From: Dictyostelium discoideum
Taxonomy: Eukaryota
DNA length: 64,000 nucleotides
NCBI GenBank assembly: GCA_000004695.1
Contig: CM000152.2
Location: 5,312,001-5,376,000, forward strand
Reading direction: 5' to 3'
Position 1 is the stretch's first letter. Each line of letters starts with the position of its first letter. The notes beneath the pieces were generated by a model. That model saw only the letters and a program-made list of their open reading frames with translations. It did not search any database and was not told where the DNA came from. Made by a program: the position numbers and the translations under genes. Shown one piece after another: positions 1 to 16,851 of this stretch.

Positions 1-2598
<2,598 letters not shown>

Positions 2599-2739
2599 TT
2601 ATATTCATTTATTGCATATTTTTTTTTTTTTTTTTTTTTTTTTGCATGAGTTGTGTGATGAACAAAAAAAAAAAAAAAAAATGGTTTTAGAAAAAAAAAA
2701 AGAAAATCTGTTAAAAAAAAAAAAAAATTAAAATAAAAA

Positions 2740-2795
2740 TAAAAATAAAAATAAAAATAAAAATAAAAATAAAAATAAAAATAAAAATAAAATGA
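2740..2795. repeat. (AAAATA)n hexanucleotide microsatellite
   Basis: aaaataaaaataaaaata... run. Confidence 0.85.
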
Positions 2796-2938
2796 AAATA
2801 ATAAAAATATCTGAAAAAATAGATACTATCAAACAATTATTAAATTTAAATTATTTTGTTCAAAAATGAATAATTGATCATTAATTAATTTTTTTTTTTA
2901 TTTTTATTTTTTTTTTATTTATTTATTTATTTTTTTAT

Positions 2939-5427
2939 TTATTTATTTTTAATTGGATTTAATTTGGAGTCTACCATTTTTTTAATTTCATAGTCTTGAT
3001 CAATAAAACAAGGTAATTGAGATTTTTCAAAATTGATTGCTTTTTTAAACCATTCTTTACTTTGTTCTAAATCATTATTCATAATATAAATCAAAGAGAT
3101 AAAATAAGATAATTCAGGTACTTTATAAGTGAACTCTTCTTTTATACTTTTATCAATATATGATTTAAATATTTGAATGATACCATTACAATCAGATTCT
3201 GAAATTGAACCACAATAAAATCTATTTACACCTTTATAATATAAATATTTTAATGGATAATCAAGTTCACCATCGCCACTATTACATGATTCAATGATTG
3301 AATTAAAATGTAATTGTGCAGATTTTGGATCATTATTTAATCTAAAATTCATTGCACGATAAAAAATGAATTCTAATTCATTTGGGAACTGTTTAATTGA
3401 ATCATTAATGAATTGATTAAAATTTGAAATTGGTTTTCTAATTGTTAAACATAATAATACTAATCTTGCATTTTTAATATCGTCTTCATTAACTTTATTA
3501 TTATTATTATTATTATTATTGGTTGTTGAATTATCAATAAACTTAATTAAACTATTAATAATTAAATTCTCTTTTGTTAATGGTATTCTAATTGAATGAT
3601 ATTCTAATTTTAATGCTTCAATTAAAATTTTATTTGCTTGAGTTAATTTTTCAATGTTATTATCATTAATATAATTTTCAAATAAACTAAGGAATTGATT
3701 CTTTAAATCCAATGTTTTAATTAATCTATTAATTTGTTTCTTTGAACCTTTATTCAATCTTTTAATTGAATTATATTCATATTGTTTAATTTCAAAATCA
3801 TATCTATCATCATTTTGAATCTTTTCATTCATTCTTTTACTTTGAATCTCTTCAATTGATTCACTATTACCAATTGTTTTAAATGTTTTATTTAAATCTT
3901 TACCTGTAAGTAAACAATATAATTTTTGACATTTTAAATTACCACTTTAATAATAATAATAATAAAATTAGTATATAATAATAATATATATTAAACTTAA
4001 TAAATTTGTACACTTACACAGAAGAACCTTTTAAAAGCATTGGTAAAATTATAGTATCCAAGATTGGTTTTGGTATATTTCTATTTGGAAAACTAAACAT
4101 AAATGCTAAAGTTGTTAAATGAAAACAATTTGAATTAAATAATGTGAATTGCTTTGTAACTAAACCAAAATAATATAAAGCACAAACATTATCAGCATCA
4201 AGATAACCACAACCATTGAAATATCTATAACCAATCTCTAATAGTATATTTGTAAATGTTGAATAAAATCTCTTTTTTTCAATTTCATTATAAGTTTCTA
4301 ATGGTTTTAATAATGATCCATTATATAATAAATCCATTGATAATTTATAATTATAAACTTTATTTAAACTATCATTACCATCGTTTGTATTAATATTATT
4401 ATAATCACTTAATTTTAATGATAATTCGTAAATTTTATCAATATCATTACTATTAATAATTGATTGAAATTCTAATGGAATTGGATTACTTTTAACATAT
4501 TCAATTGCTTTTAATTCGAAATTATCCATTTCCTTTTCTTGTTTTTCTTTTTCTTTTTTTTCTTTTTCTTGTTTTAAAGATTTCTCTAAAATTGTTGATT
4601 GTAATTGTTTATATTTTTCATTGTTAATTGAATCATTTGTTGATAATAATAATATTGCAATTTCTAAATGATTTAATGCTAAATTATAAAATGAATTATT
4701 ATTTTTACAAAGTAAAAATGCAATTTCATAATAACATTCAGAATTGAATGGATCATATGATAATGAATACTTTAATTTGTCAAGTGATATTAAATCTTTG
4801 TATTCCAATGTAACGATTTCATTATCAATACTATTTTTCGATTCGGTTAATTCTTTATAAATTTCATAATCACATCTTGATGATCCTAAATATCCAAATG
4901 ATTTAATTTTAAATAATTTTGATTCATCACCATAATCACCACCATCATCATTATTATCATTATTATTATTATTATCAATATCGATATTTTTACATAAAAT
5001 TAATTTTGAATTATAATATTCTAATGATTCTTTGAATTTTCTATTTTTAAATAATTCATTTGATTCGTTTATTAATTTTTTTGTAAATTCTTGATTTTCA
5101 TCAAATTCTTTATTACCACCATTGATAATTTGTCTAACTCTTTCTTTTGTGAAATATCCTTTATTTGAATTATTTAAAATTTCAATATTTTCTAATAATA
5201 ATTTTTTAATATTTTCAAATGTATCTATTTTATCTATATATATATATATGTTTTTTGAAAATTAAAATTTTATTAATTTATTTATAATTAATATATATAT
5301 CTTTTGGTAATTGAATGTGTATGATTAATTAAACTTACTATTTCTATCAATTAATTTTATAATTTCAATTGCTTTATTTTCAATTATTAGTTGTTGAGCA
5401 GACGGTAATGTTGATTTATTTTTATTA

Positions 5428-5512
<85 letters not shown>

Positions 5513-5726
5513 TACTTAATAATAATTCAGAAGTTGAAGCAATTTGCCAAATACCATTTTTATTTATATTTTGAATTTGTGCTACCTCTAATTGTTTTAA
5601 GTATGATTTATTGGTAAATTGAGTTTTATTTCTATTTTTATAGGTATCCTTTAAAACGTGTGAACCTATATTGAGTAAACTTAATAATTGATAATCTTTA
5701 AAAATCTCTAATTCTTCAATATTCAT
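2939..5726 (-). CDS. Three-exon gene for a TPR/Sel1-like helical-repeat protein (hypothetical). Exon 1 is 5726 to about 5342, exon 2 about 5235 to about 4018, exon 3 about 3905 (or 3863) to 2939 with stop.
   Basis: ATG at 5726. GTAAGT donor lies inside the codons AAT A|GTAAGT just before the ORF-track stop at 5325. Acceptor ...atatag|AT restores an open frame that runs uninterrupted into the 264-aa ORF, whose track 'M' is a TTG. A second GTAAGT donor sits at 4017-4012 overlapping the TAA, and acceptors at 3905 or 3864 lead into the 297-aa ORF. TPR-like motifs present: FKNRKFKESLEYYNSKLILC, AQLHFNSIIESCNSGDGELDYPLKYLYYKG. Confidence 0.6.
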
Positions 5727-6370
5727 CCTCGTTGTATTTAATTATGTTTTTTTATGAAAAACGAACGAACGTGGTGGGGGAATTTTATGAAAATTAAATT
5801 TTATGTAAAAAGAAATTTTATTAAAAAATGAAAAGTTGGTGTAAAAATTTTTATTTTTTTATTTTTTTTATTTTTTTATTTTTTTTTTATTTTTTATTTT
5901 TTTATTTTTATTTGGGTTTATAACTTAACTATTAATTATCCATTTAAAAACTTTTTAATAAAAGAATAAGATTTCATTTAGTCAAAAAAGGAAAAATTAA
6001 AAAAAAAAAGTTAGAATAAATAAAAAAAAAAAAAAAGAGAAAAAAAAAAATTTAAAAATAAAAAAAAAAAGAGAAAAAAAAAAAAAAAAAATTTAATAAA
6101 GATAAAAACTAAAGTTTTATTTTATTTATTTGTGTCTTAATGTTGTATAATCAACATAAAACACCTTTACCCCAACCACATTGGAAGCATGTATTTCTTT
6201 AACATCTGAAATGTTGTAGTTTTCGGGGTATTCGTATTCTACAACTAAGTCAGATACTTCTTCTTTTAAATTTTTTTTTTTCTCTTTTTTTTTTTATTTA
6301 TTTTATAACTTTTTTTTTTTAATTTTTCCTTTTTTTTGACTACCAACTTTTCATTTTTTCATAAAATTTA

Positions 6371-6422
<52 letters not shown>

Positions 6423-6806
6423 ACACGATGGTCTTATGATTTTCACAATAATTTTTTTATGAAAAATAATATCAAAAATAAAAAAAATTAAATAATTGAT
6501 AGTTATATATTATTATAAACACATTTTTTATTTTTTTTTTTAAAAAGAAATTTTACAATTTTTACAATTTTTTTCAAAATCTAATTTAATAAATTGTTAA
6601 ATTAAATTACAATAAATGTGATAATTGATCGGTTTAATTAATTATTGTCAACTCTAAAATGAATAGGTATAAAGAATATTTCTGAATATATTATTTAAAA
6701 ATGTTTTTTAAAAAAAAAAAAAAAAAAAAAACTATAAATTAAAATTTTTTTTTTTTTTTTTTCATCAATTCAAATTAAAAATCATTAAATTGTATTAATT
6801 AATAAA

Positions 6807-7082
6807 ATGTCACTCTTTAGTAAGTAATTTTTAAAAATAATAAAAATAAAAAATTGACATTTAATTAATTTCTTTTTTTTTTTTTTTTTTATTTTAAAAA
6901 AAATAGAATCAATATCATCAATTTCAAAAGTTAACACTACATCTGCTAACAGTACCGTAACGTCATCCCAATTAAATAACCAATCATTTGGTGAAAACAA
7001 AATTTCTGCTGATCTTGTTACTGGTCTTGTCAGTGGATTATTATTTGGTCTTGCAAATGTAACACAAGGTTTGGGTCTTTAA
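6807..7082 (+). CDS. Small two-exon gene, 62 aa, hssA/2C/7E-like family. Exon 1 is 6807-6819, intron 6820-6906, exon 2 6907-7082.
   Basis: ATGTCACTCTTTA|GTAAGT ... aaaatag|AATCAATATC. Spliced product MSLFKSISSISKVNTTSANSTVTSSQLNNQSFGENKISADLVTGLVSGLLFGLANVTQGLGL*. Family resemblance (ISSIS.. N-terminus) is from memory only. Confidence 0.6.
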
Positions 7083-7204
7083 AAAAAAAAGAACAAAACT
7101 TTCACACCAATTTTTTAATTTATAAAAAAAAAATAAAAATGATATAGTTTAAATAACAATATATTTTTTTTCATTTTTATATTATTTTATTTTATTTTAT
7201 TTTA

Positions 7205-7235
<31 letters not shown>

Positions 7236-7633
7236 AATTATTTTTTCTTTTTTTTTTTTTTCTAATTATACTTAGTTTTATAAAAATTAAAAATCATATG
7301 ATTGTTCACAGACAGAATTGTTGTGATCGAAAGATTTGTGGGGAAAATTTTTTTAAAATCGTTGTAACCACTTTTTTAAACAAGTTTTTCCCATTATTTT
7401 TTTTTTTTTTATTTTTATTTTTTTTTACTAAATTTTTCAAAACAATCTACAAAATTAATTCTAATTCTTTACATATTTTTTTATTAATTAATTATTAATT
7501 ACATAGTAATTTAATTAAAAAATAAAATAAAAAAACATATAAAAGGAAATTGAAAAAAAAAAAAATTAAAGATATCAAACAAATAAAAACTTTAAAGTCA
7601 ATAAACCATAAAAATCAAAAAATCAAAACTAAA

Positions 7634-7904
7634 ATGTCTCTCTTTAGTAAATATCTTTAAAAAATTTAAAAAAAAAAATGATTAAATAGTTTATTTTATT
7701 AATTTTTTTTTTTAAAACAAAATAGAATCAATCTCATCAATTTCAAAAGTTAACACTACCTCTGCCAACAGTACTGTAACACCATCCAAATTAAATGATA
7801 ACCAATCATTTGGTGAAAATCAAGTTTCAACTGGTATTGTTAGTGGAATTGTCAGTGGATTATTATTTGATCTTGCAAATGTAACAAAAGGTTTAGGTCT
7901 TTAA
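7634..7904 (+). CDS. Tandem paralog of the previous small gene, 63 aa. Exon 1 is 7634-7646, intron 7647-7725 with GTAAAT donor, exon 2 7726-7904.
   Basis: About 85% identical exon structure and sequence to 6807-7082. Product MSLFKSISSISKVNTTSANSTVTPSKLNDNQSFGENQVSTGIVSGIVSGLLFDLANVTKGLGL*. Confidence 0.6.
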
Positions 7905-8047
7905 AAAAAAAATAATAATAAAACCAATATCATTCTTATTATCTTTTTTTTTAAAAAAAAAAAAAAACACTAAAATTAAAAAATAAATAAATAGAATCCC
8001 TTTAGAAACATTCTATATATAAATTATTTATATTATTATTTTTATTA

Positions 8048-9192
8048 TTATTTTCCAGATATTAATGGTGATGAAATTGTGGGTGATAAAGAATCAGAAG
8101 ATGTTGGTGGTGTACCACTACTTGATGACGATGAATCTGATGATGATGGAAATTCTGTATTTGTATTTGATGATGAAGATGATTCAATATTATTATTACT
8201 ATTATTACTATCATTATTTTGCATATATCTTTTATTTGCAGCCAATAAAATTCTTTTTCTTCTTTCATCTTCATTTTCATTTGATATAATTGGAGAATTA
8301 GTATTACTACCACTAGCACTACTACTACTTGTATCATTATCAGAACCATAAAAATTTAACCTACTACTTCCATCTTTATTATAATTGTCATCTGGTATAT
8401 AAATTGGCTTTGGACCACTATCATCTGCTAATGAATGTCCTTTACCTGAAAATGGTATTGTTGTACTACTACTACTATTATTACTACTTTTACCTTTACT
8501 ATCTACACTATTTGATGCTGATTCTTGTGGTATAAATCCAAATGATTTAGGTAAAAGACATGAAAAAAAGGTTCCTATAAATGCTAATCTATTTATATAA
8601 TTTGGAATTTCTCTATTTAATAATCTCTTTATTAATTCATTTGAGAATGTATTACAATTTCTTTTTTTTTTTTAAATAAAATAAAATAAAATTTAATTAG
8701 AAGAGAAAAAAATGAAAATGAAAATAAAAATAAAAATAAAAATAAAAATAAAAATAATATTATACTTTTTTAAAGGGTGGTAAGATTTACCAGGGAATTC
8801 TTCAGCAATATTATCAATTAATGATTGAATTTGTCTTTCTGATAATGTTACATCACCCATATATAATGATTCTCTAAATACAACACCTGTTGCTGTTTTT
8901 GGTTTTATTTCATATACACCACTAAAACTCCATTCATGTCCACTAAATCCAATTTCATTACCATTTATTTCAACTGCTGAATGAAATAATCCAACACCCA
9001 AACAATGTCCAAAATTATTTACTTTATAAAGTTATTTTTTTTTATTTTTTTTATTATAATAAATTATTTGATTAGTCTCTATTTAACAGTAATAATAAAT
9101 TAAATAATAAACATACTTGGATGTAAATCATATATATTTAAATAAACCTTTGTAATGTTTGGTCCTCTATTATTTATTGGTTTTAAATTCAT
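8048..9192 (-). CDS. DeSI/PPPDE-family deSUMOylating isopeptidase (PPPDE peptidase domain). Exon 1 is 9192-9117, exon 2 9021-8766, exon 3 8660-8048.
   Basis: MNLKPINNRGPNITKVYLNIYDLHP|...GVGLFHSAVEINGNEIGFSGHEWSFSGVYEIKPKTATGVVFRESLYMGDVTL...EEFPGKSYHPLKK|NCNTFSNELIKRLLNREIPNYINRLAFIG matches the DESI2/PPPDE1 domain. Donors GTATGT (9116) and GTATAAT (8765), acceptors ..aaag|TA and ..aaaaag|A, keep frame. Ser-rich tail with stop at 8048. Confidence 0.8.
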
Positions 9193-9302
9193 TTTTTTAT
9201 ATTTCTCTACTTTTTAATTTAAATAAATACATATACATATAAACATTAACAATGTGGTTTTTTGTTTTTATTTTTCTTTTTTTATTTTTTTTTTTTTGGT
9301 GT

Positions 9303-9336
<34 letters not shown>

Positions 9337-9662
9337 GTGTGTAAATTGTCTTTTTTTTTTTTTAAATTATGATGGTTTTTTATTAATATTTGAAAAAGAT
9401 GACGATTAGAAAAAACGACTGTTTGAATATTTTCAAATAATCATAAATATCTTCATTTTTTTTTTTTTTTTACAATTTTTCCATATTTTCATTTTTTAAT
9501 AAAAAAAAATAGAAAATTGTTTGGTTTACAATCAAATTTTTTTATTTTAAAATTGTCTATTTTTTTTTTTTTTTGAATTTGGTAACTTAGAAGTATACTC
9601 AGAATTTAAATTTAATATTTAAAGCAGGTTAATTTTGGTAAATAATGAAAAATTTCAACTAA

Positions 9663-9734
9663 TCCTCATTGGTGTAGTCGGTAACACTCTAGTCTCTCAC
9701 ACTGGTACCCCGGGTTCGATTCCCGGATGGGGAG
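9663..9734 (+). tRNA. tRNA-Glu (anticodon CUC)
   Basis: 72 nt. Acceptor stem TCCTCAT/ATGGGGA, D-arm GTGT-AGTCGGTAA-CACT, anticodon loop CT-CTC-AC, T-arm CCGGGTTCGATTCCCGG. Followed by T-run cttttttttt (Pol III terminator). Confidence 0.85.
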
Positions 9735-9772
9735 CTTTTTTTTATCAAAAAAATTTTAGATTACAGGTTCGA

Positions 9773-9785
9773 CTCCTTCATTAAT
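9773..9785 (+). promoter_or_regulatory. External B box (exB) about 40 bp downstream of tRNA-Glu
   Basis: aGGTTCGACTCC matches the B-box consensus GGTTCGANTCC outside the tRNA. Known peculiarity of Dictyostelium tRNA genes. Confidence 0.6.
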
Positions 9786-9789
9786 TATC

Positions 9790-10271
9790 CCAAAGGTTGT
9801 GAGAATTCAAATTAAAAATTAAGGAATATTACTCTACATTAAAGACCCACATATACCCAAAACAGAATTTCAAAAAGATCTATTCTTAAGAGGATATAGC
9901 TACAATCAACTATTCCCAAACATATTGAAGATAAGAAATCCGAACAAATTATTTTAATAATTTTAATATTACAAATATTAGAGAATCTTCATTAACTTTT
10001 AATTCAATTATTAATAATAATACCAATTCAATAATTTTAAATCCATTATGTAATACAAATATGATTAATGATCCATATGGCCATCTATTCTTTGATTGTC
10101 TTAAAACAAAATCATATATTAATGCATCCAAACTTAAAGAATTCATCTTCAAATCAACAGGAGGAAAAAATAATTGGTTACACGAAAGAACTACCAAAAA
10201 CAACAAAACAATAAACAAAATCACACCTATTACCTTCCAACAATAATTAAAAAAAAAAAAAAAAAAAAAAA
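9790..10271 (+). mobile_element. Possible 5'-truncated non-LTR (TRE3-type?) retroelement 3' fragment ending in oligo(A), downstream of tRNA-Glu
   Basis: Composition shifts to C/A-rich non-coding sequence from about 55 bp downstream of the tRNA and ends in a 25-nt A-run (10247-10271). No intact ORF. Placement matches the downstream-of-tRNA niche of TRE3 elements. Confidence 0.3.
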
Positions 10272-10859
10272 ATAACAAATCAAAATACAACAATATAACC
10301 AATTGTTACTATTCAAATAATTAAAATAAAATAAAATAAAATAAACATTATTATTGCAGAAGGTCTAACCCTTAGCAATTAATTAATTAATAACTAAAAA
10401 AAAAAAAAAATTCACATCATAATTAAAATTCAAAAATAAAATTGTAAATTATTGTTTATTCCATTTGGATAAACACTGGTTAACCGATTTTTTTTATATA
10501 AAAAAATCATAGTCTGCTCACGAATTTAGGTGACCTAACTTAACCTTGCAAGTTTTTTTTTAATTGCTAATATTTTTAAAATTTACAGTGCAAAAAATAA
10601 TAATACATAAAAATAAAAATTAAAAAAAATGGGAAAAAAAAACAACAATCTTATAATTTTTTTTTTAAATGGACAATATGTAAATCTTTAAAGATTTAAT
10701 CATAATAATTTATTATAATATTAGTTTAAAAATACTTTCTTGATGCCGACCGTTTCTTTATCATTTTATCTAATTAATCAGTATTTCTTTTCAGGCGACT
10801 GATTATTTGATTCTCTACCAGTAGTTCTTTTAAGGAGACTGGAAATTTCTTAATTCTAT

Positions 10860-11420
10860 TCATTTTAGTATCTATCCATGAATTTTTATTTGAACCAATT
10901 TACTTTACCATTATCAATAATTTCCAAACATTTTAGTATCCATTTTTATTACTATTTTTAGTTTTATAACTATTTCCAATCTGTAAAATATATTAATAGC
11001 AACCTTTCTTTATAATATTAAAACAATAATTTCTAAACATTTTAGTATCTATCCATATTTCAACCATATAAACTATTTCCAATTTCATTTTAGTATCTAT
11101 CCATTTATTACCATAATTTCAACTATTTCCAATTTGTAAAAATATTTAATATTACCACACAGTACATTTTAATTTGTTACTTTAACCAAATTCCAACCAT
11201 TTTTTAAACTATTTCCAATTTTTTAAAATTGATTGCTACCAATTAACAAATTATTATAACAACTTGTTTAATAGTAATGGTAATATAACAAGATTTCTTG
11301 AAATTTTAATATCTACCCACAAACATTTAAACCATTTTCTAATACTACTGGCCAAAATATTTAATATCAATCCATAACTATATTTACAAATTATTCAAAA
11401 TATTCTTTGATTTGGTAGTT
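10860..11420. repeat. Complex degenerate repeat block. Motifs cattttagtatctatccat (4x) and aactatttccaat (4x) are interspersed.
   Basis: Direct read. No ORF; likely decayed mobile-element sequence. Confidence 0.6.
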
Positions 11421-11508
11421 CATTGACATTATCCCAACAATGATTTATAAGTCCAAAACCAAAAAAATGAGATAGCCCCATAAACGTTACAAGTAACGGA
11501 GAAAATTA

Positions 11509-11803
11509 GGACTTTGTTCCACAGGACGATTTGAGATTAAAGAAAAACACTTATTTGGATTTGGTTCCACTGGGATGATTTGAGATTAAAGAAAAACATA
11601 AATTTGGATTTGGTTCCACAGGACGATTTGAGGTTAAATAAAAACACTAATTTGGACTTTGTTCCACAGGACGATTTAAGATTAAAGAACAACATTAATT
11701 TGGACTTTGTTCCACAGGACGATTTGAGATTAAAGAAAAACTCTAACATGGACTTTGTTTTACAAGGATGACACGAGATTAAAGAAAAACATTAATTTAT
11801 ATA
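11509..11803. repeat. Minisatellite of 6 tandem units of about 48 bp. Consensus ggactttgttccacaggacgatttgagattaaagaaaaacattaattt.
   Basis: Six head-to-tail copies with 85-95% identity. ORFs 11537..11749(-) and 11580..11771(+) are repeat artefacts. Confidence 0.85.
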
Positions 11804-12596
11804 GAACATTCGGGGCAAACAATAGTTTTATTACTTGTGAAACTGAAAAAATAACAAAGAATCTATGGGAATTAATAGTAGCAACCAATTGGTATACCAA
11901 TTAAAAGCAAAGTAAATGGATCATTTGCAAAAAATGGTCTTGGATAACGAAAAAATCAAAAGCATCCAACTTTGAAAATACCTACAACTAATTGGTATAC
12001 CATATTCATTAACATCCAAAGTAAACAAAATCATTTGCAAACGTGGAAATTGAAAAAAAGCAAAAAAAAGAAAAACAACCACCTACGGACAAGGAAAGGT
12101 CAATGAGTAAGACATTGACCACCTGCTTAAAAAATTTGTAGTATCCATAATAATTATTATATGTGTATTTAAAAAAAAAAATATTTAACAACATTACATT
12201 TACCATTAAGCTTTAAAGTTTGGGCGAAACTATTGAAAAACAATTGAGAGATCTTTGAAAACTATGGAAAATTCAATAAAAAAAAATCTTTAACGAAACA
12301 GAAGAATTCTATGAAAACACCTGAATACTTACAAACAGGTTACACTATTGAAATTCAAATAAAGTAAAAAATTAAACTTGAAAAATAGATTGTAACAATG
12401 AATTGAAGATTTCCAAAAAAAAAAAAAATATATTCAAAATAATAAAAAGGGTTAATCCAACACCACTATGTATATACCAAAACTATTATATATTTTTTAT
12501 AATTATTATTATTATTGTTATTATTATTATTAATAATATTATTATTTTAAAAAAATTAAAAATCACTAAAAAAAAAAAAAATATAAAGAGGTTATT

Positions 12597-12634
<38 letters not shown>

Positions 12635-12867
12635 AATTCTTGTTAATAATATTACCTTTAAAAAAAATTATTTATTCTTTATTTCTCTCAATTGTTAAAA
12701 AAAATGAATTAGTTAATATTTATCCACTTGATTTAAATTGGAACCGACATTTTAATATAGTTTATCTTTTTTTTTTTTTTTTTTTTTCTTTTTATATATT
12801 TATTTATTTATTTTTTAAAAATTAATGAACATTTTAGATAACAGTGGATTTTTTTTTTGTTTGTTTG

Positions 12868-13016
<149 letters not shown>

Positions 13017-13919
13017 TTTAATTTATTATTATTATTATTATTTATTTTATTTTATTTTTATTGAATAGTGAAATGAAAAAATCTATTTATACTTTTTTTT
13101 TTTTTAAAAGAAAATGAAAAATGTCTTTTATTTTTTATTTTTTATTTTATTTTTATTTTTATTTTATTTTTTTTTTTAAAAAAAAAAGGTAATTTTTCTA
13201 TTTTTGGAAAATTTTGTTTTTGGAAGGGGTTTAAAAAAAAACAAAAAATAATTTGGATCTTTTTTAAATAAAAAAAAGGTTTTTATTTTTACTTAATTTA
13301 GGAAAATCGCATATTGACATTCAGGAAGAAAATTTCAAGGCTTTTGGTTTTTTTTTTTTATAAAAAAGGTTTTTTTTTTTTTTATTTTTTTTTTTCAAAG
13401 AAAATTATTTAAGGAAATTTCTATTAAAAGTTAAAATTAATATTTTCATTATTATTATAGATGTTTTAGAATAATGTTTTTTTTTTATAAAAATTAACAG
13501 GGTTTTCAAAAAAAATTAAAAGATACATAAAAAACATTCAAGTTTGAGCATTTTTCGAAATTTAAAAATCTAAATAAATGTTTCAATAACAAAATGTGTA
13601 TGTAATATTGTTTTTGAGTTATTATAGCTTAAACAAATTGATCCACAATTACTCTAATTGATACAGCAGTCGTTGATTATTTGATTTTTAATATTTTAAT
13701 TTGTTTAATGTATTTGATTTTGTTGAAAATTTTTTATTATATTAGGCAGTCCAAGGTTGCATATGTATATCATTTTTTGAGAATATGGTAGTCTATTATT
13801 GTGTCTTGAATTTTGTCATCACTGTAGAGTGATTGTGCAAATATTAATTCTTTTAAAAATGTCTCCTATCAACACAAGAATTGAACATGCGACTATATAT
13901 TTACAAGAATAAAAATATT

Positions 13920-13990
13920 TGCGTATGCCGGGAATCGAACCCGGTTCAACTGCTTGGAAGGCAGCTATCATACCACTAGACCACATACGC
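13920..13990 (-). tRNA. tRNA-Gly (anticodon UCC)
   Basis: Reverse complement GCGTATGTGGTCTAGTGGTATGATAGCTGCCTTCCAAGCAGTTGAACCGGGTTCGATTCCCGGCATACGCA. Anticodon loop CT-TCC-AA. Near-identical to canonical eukaryotic tRNA-Gly-TCC. T-run follows on the minus strand. Degenerate exB-like GTTCAATTC about 30 bp downstream. Confidence 0.85.
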
Positions 13991-14466
13991 TTTGTTGATG
14001 ATAATTTAGGGTAAATGCTCGAATAAATTTTAATTATAATTTGTAATTTTTTAGTTATTTATTTTTATATAGAAGCAAAAATAAAGATTTTGTTCAGCAA
14101 AATTAAAGATTTTGTTCAACAAAATTAATATATTTAACCAGATATTCTAGATCTAGAATAATACCACCACGATCAGCGATGTATATTAGTCAACAATAAT
14201 TAAAAACAAAAAAAAAAAAAAAAACTCCTTGTTATCCAAACAAGGTTTGTAAATAAAATTTTAAAACAATTGGATCAAATTCAAAAAATATATATTTTAA
14301 TTAAATTTTATTAATCAACAAATATATTTATGTGGTATAATATATTACCTTCCACAGTTTCATCTCTACATAATTTTCCTAATTTTTCGCTTGTCTAAAT
14401 AAATAATTATTGAAAATGAATAGAAAGTTAGTTATTAAATATTTATTTTGATTATTAATTTTTCAT

Positions 14467-16458
<1,992 letters not shown>

Positions 16459-16695
16459 TGAAGTTAACTTTTAATGTGTTTTGAAAAGAAAATAAAACAA
16501 ATTAAAAATTTAAAAAAAAAAAAAATTTAAAAAAAAAAAAAAAATTAAAAATTTTAATACCATTTTTTTGACATTGTTCAAATAATTTTTTGGAGATATT
16601 TGTGGCCCAAAGTTAATTTAAAAAGGTAAAAAATCAAAATTTATTTGTGTCCTTTTTTTTTTTTTTTATTTTATTTTTTTTTCTTTTTTTTATTT

Positions 16696-16726
<31 letters not shown>

Positions 16727-16851
16727 GATTTCTTTTTTTAAAAAAACCAACGGGCTTATATAAATACACATAATTAAATTTTTTTTTTTTTATTTTTTTT
16801 ATTTTTTTTTAATATCCTTTCCTCTATAATAATTTAATTGCATATTATAAT

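Noticed and set aside
4808-4808. ORF-track start of the 264-aa ORF (and 9001, 54790, 57758, 38480)
   Set aside because: These 'M' residues are TTG/GTG/CTG alternative starts of the track. The reading frame is open upstream and belongs to spliced exons, so they are not true starts.
9949-10302. 117-aa minus ORF and 61-aa plus ORF downstream of tRNA-Glu
   Set aside because: Lie in the putative truncated retroelement tail. No coherent protein, contain poly-Phe from a poly(A) tract.
11537-11771. Two overlapping small ORFs with repeated peptide motifs
   Set aside because: Produced by the 48-bp minisatellite. Periodicity equals the DNA repeat.
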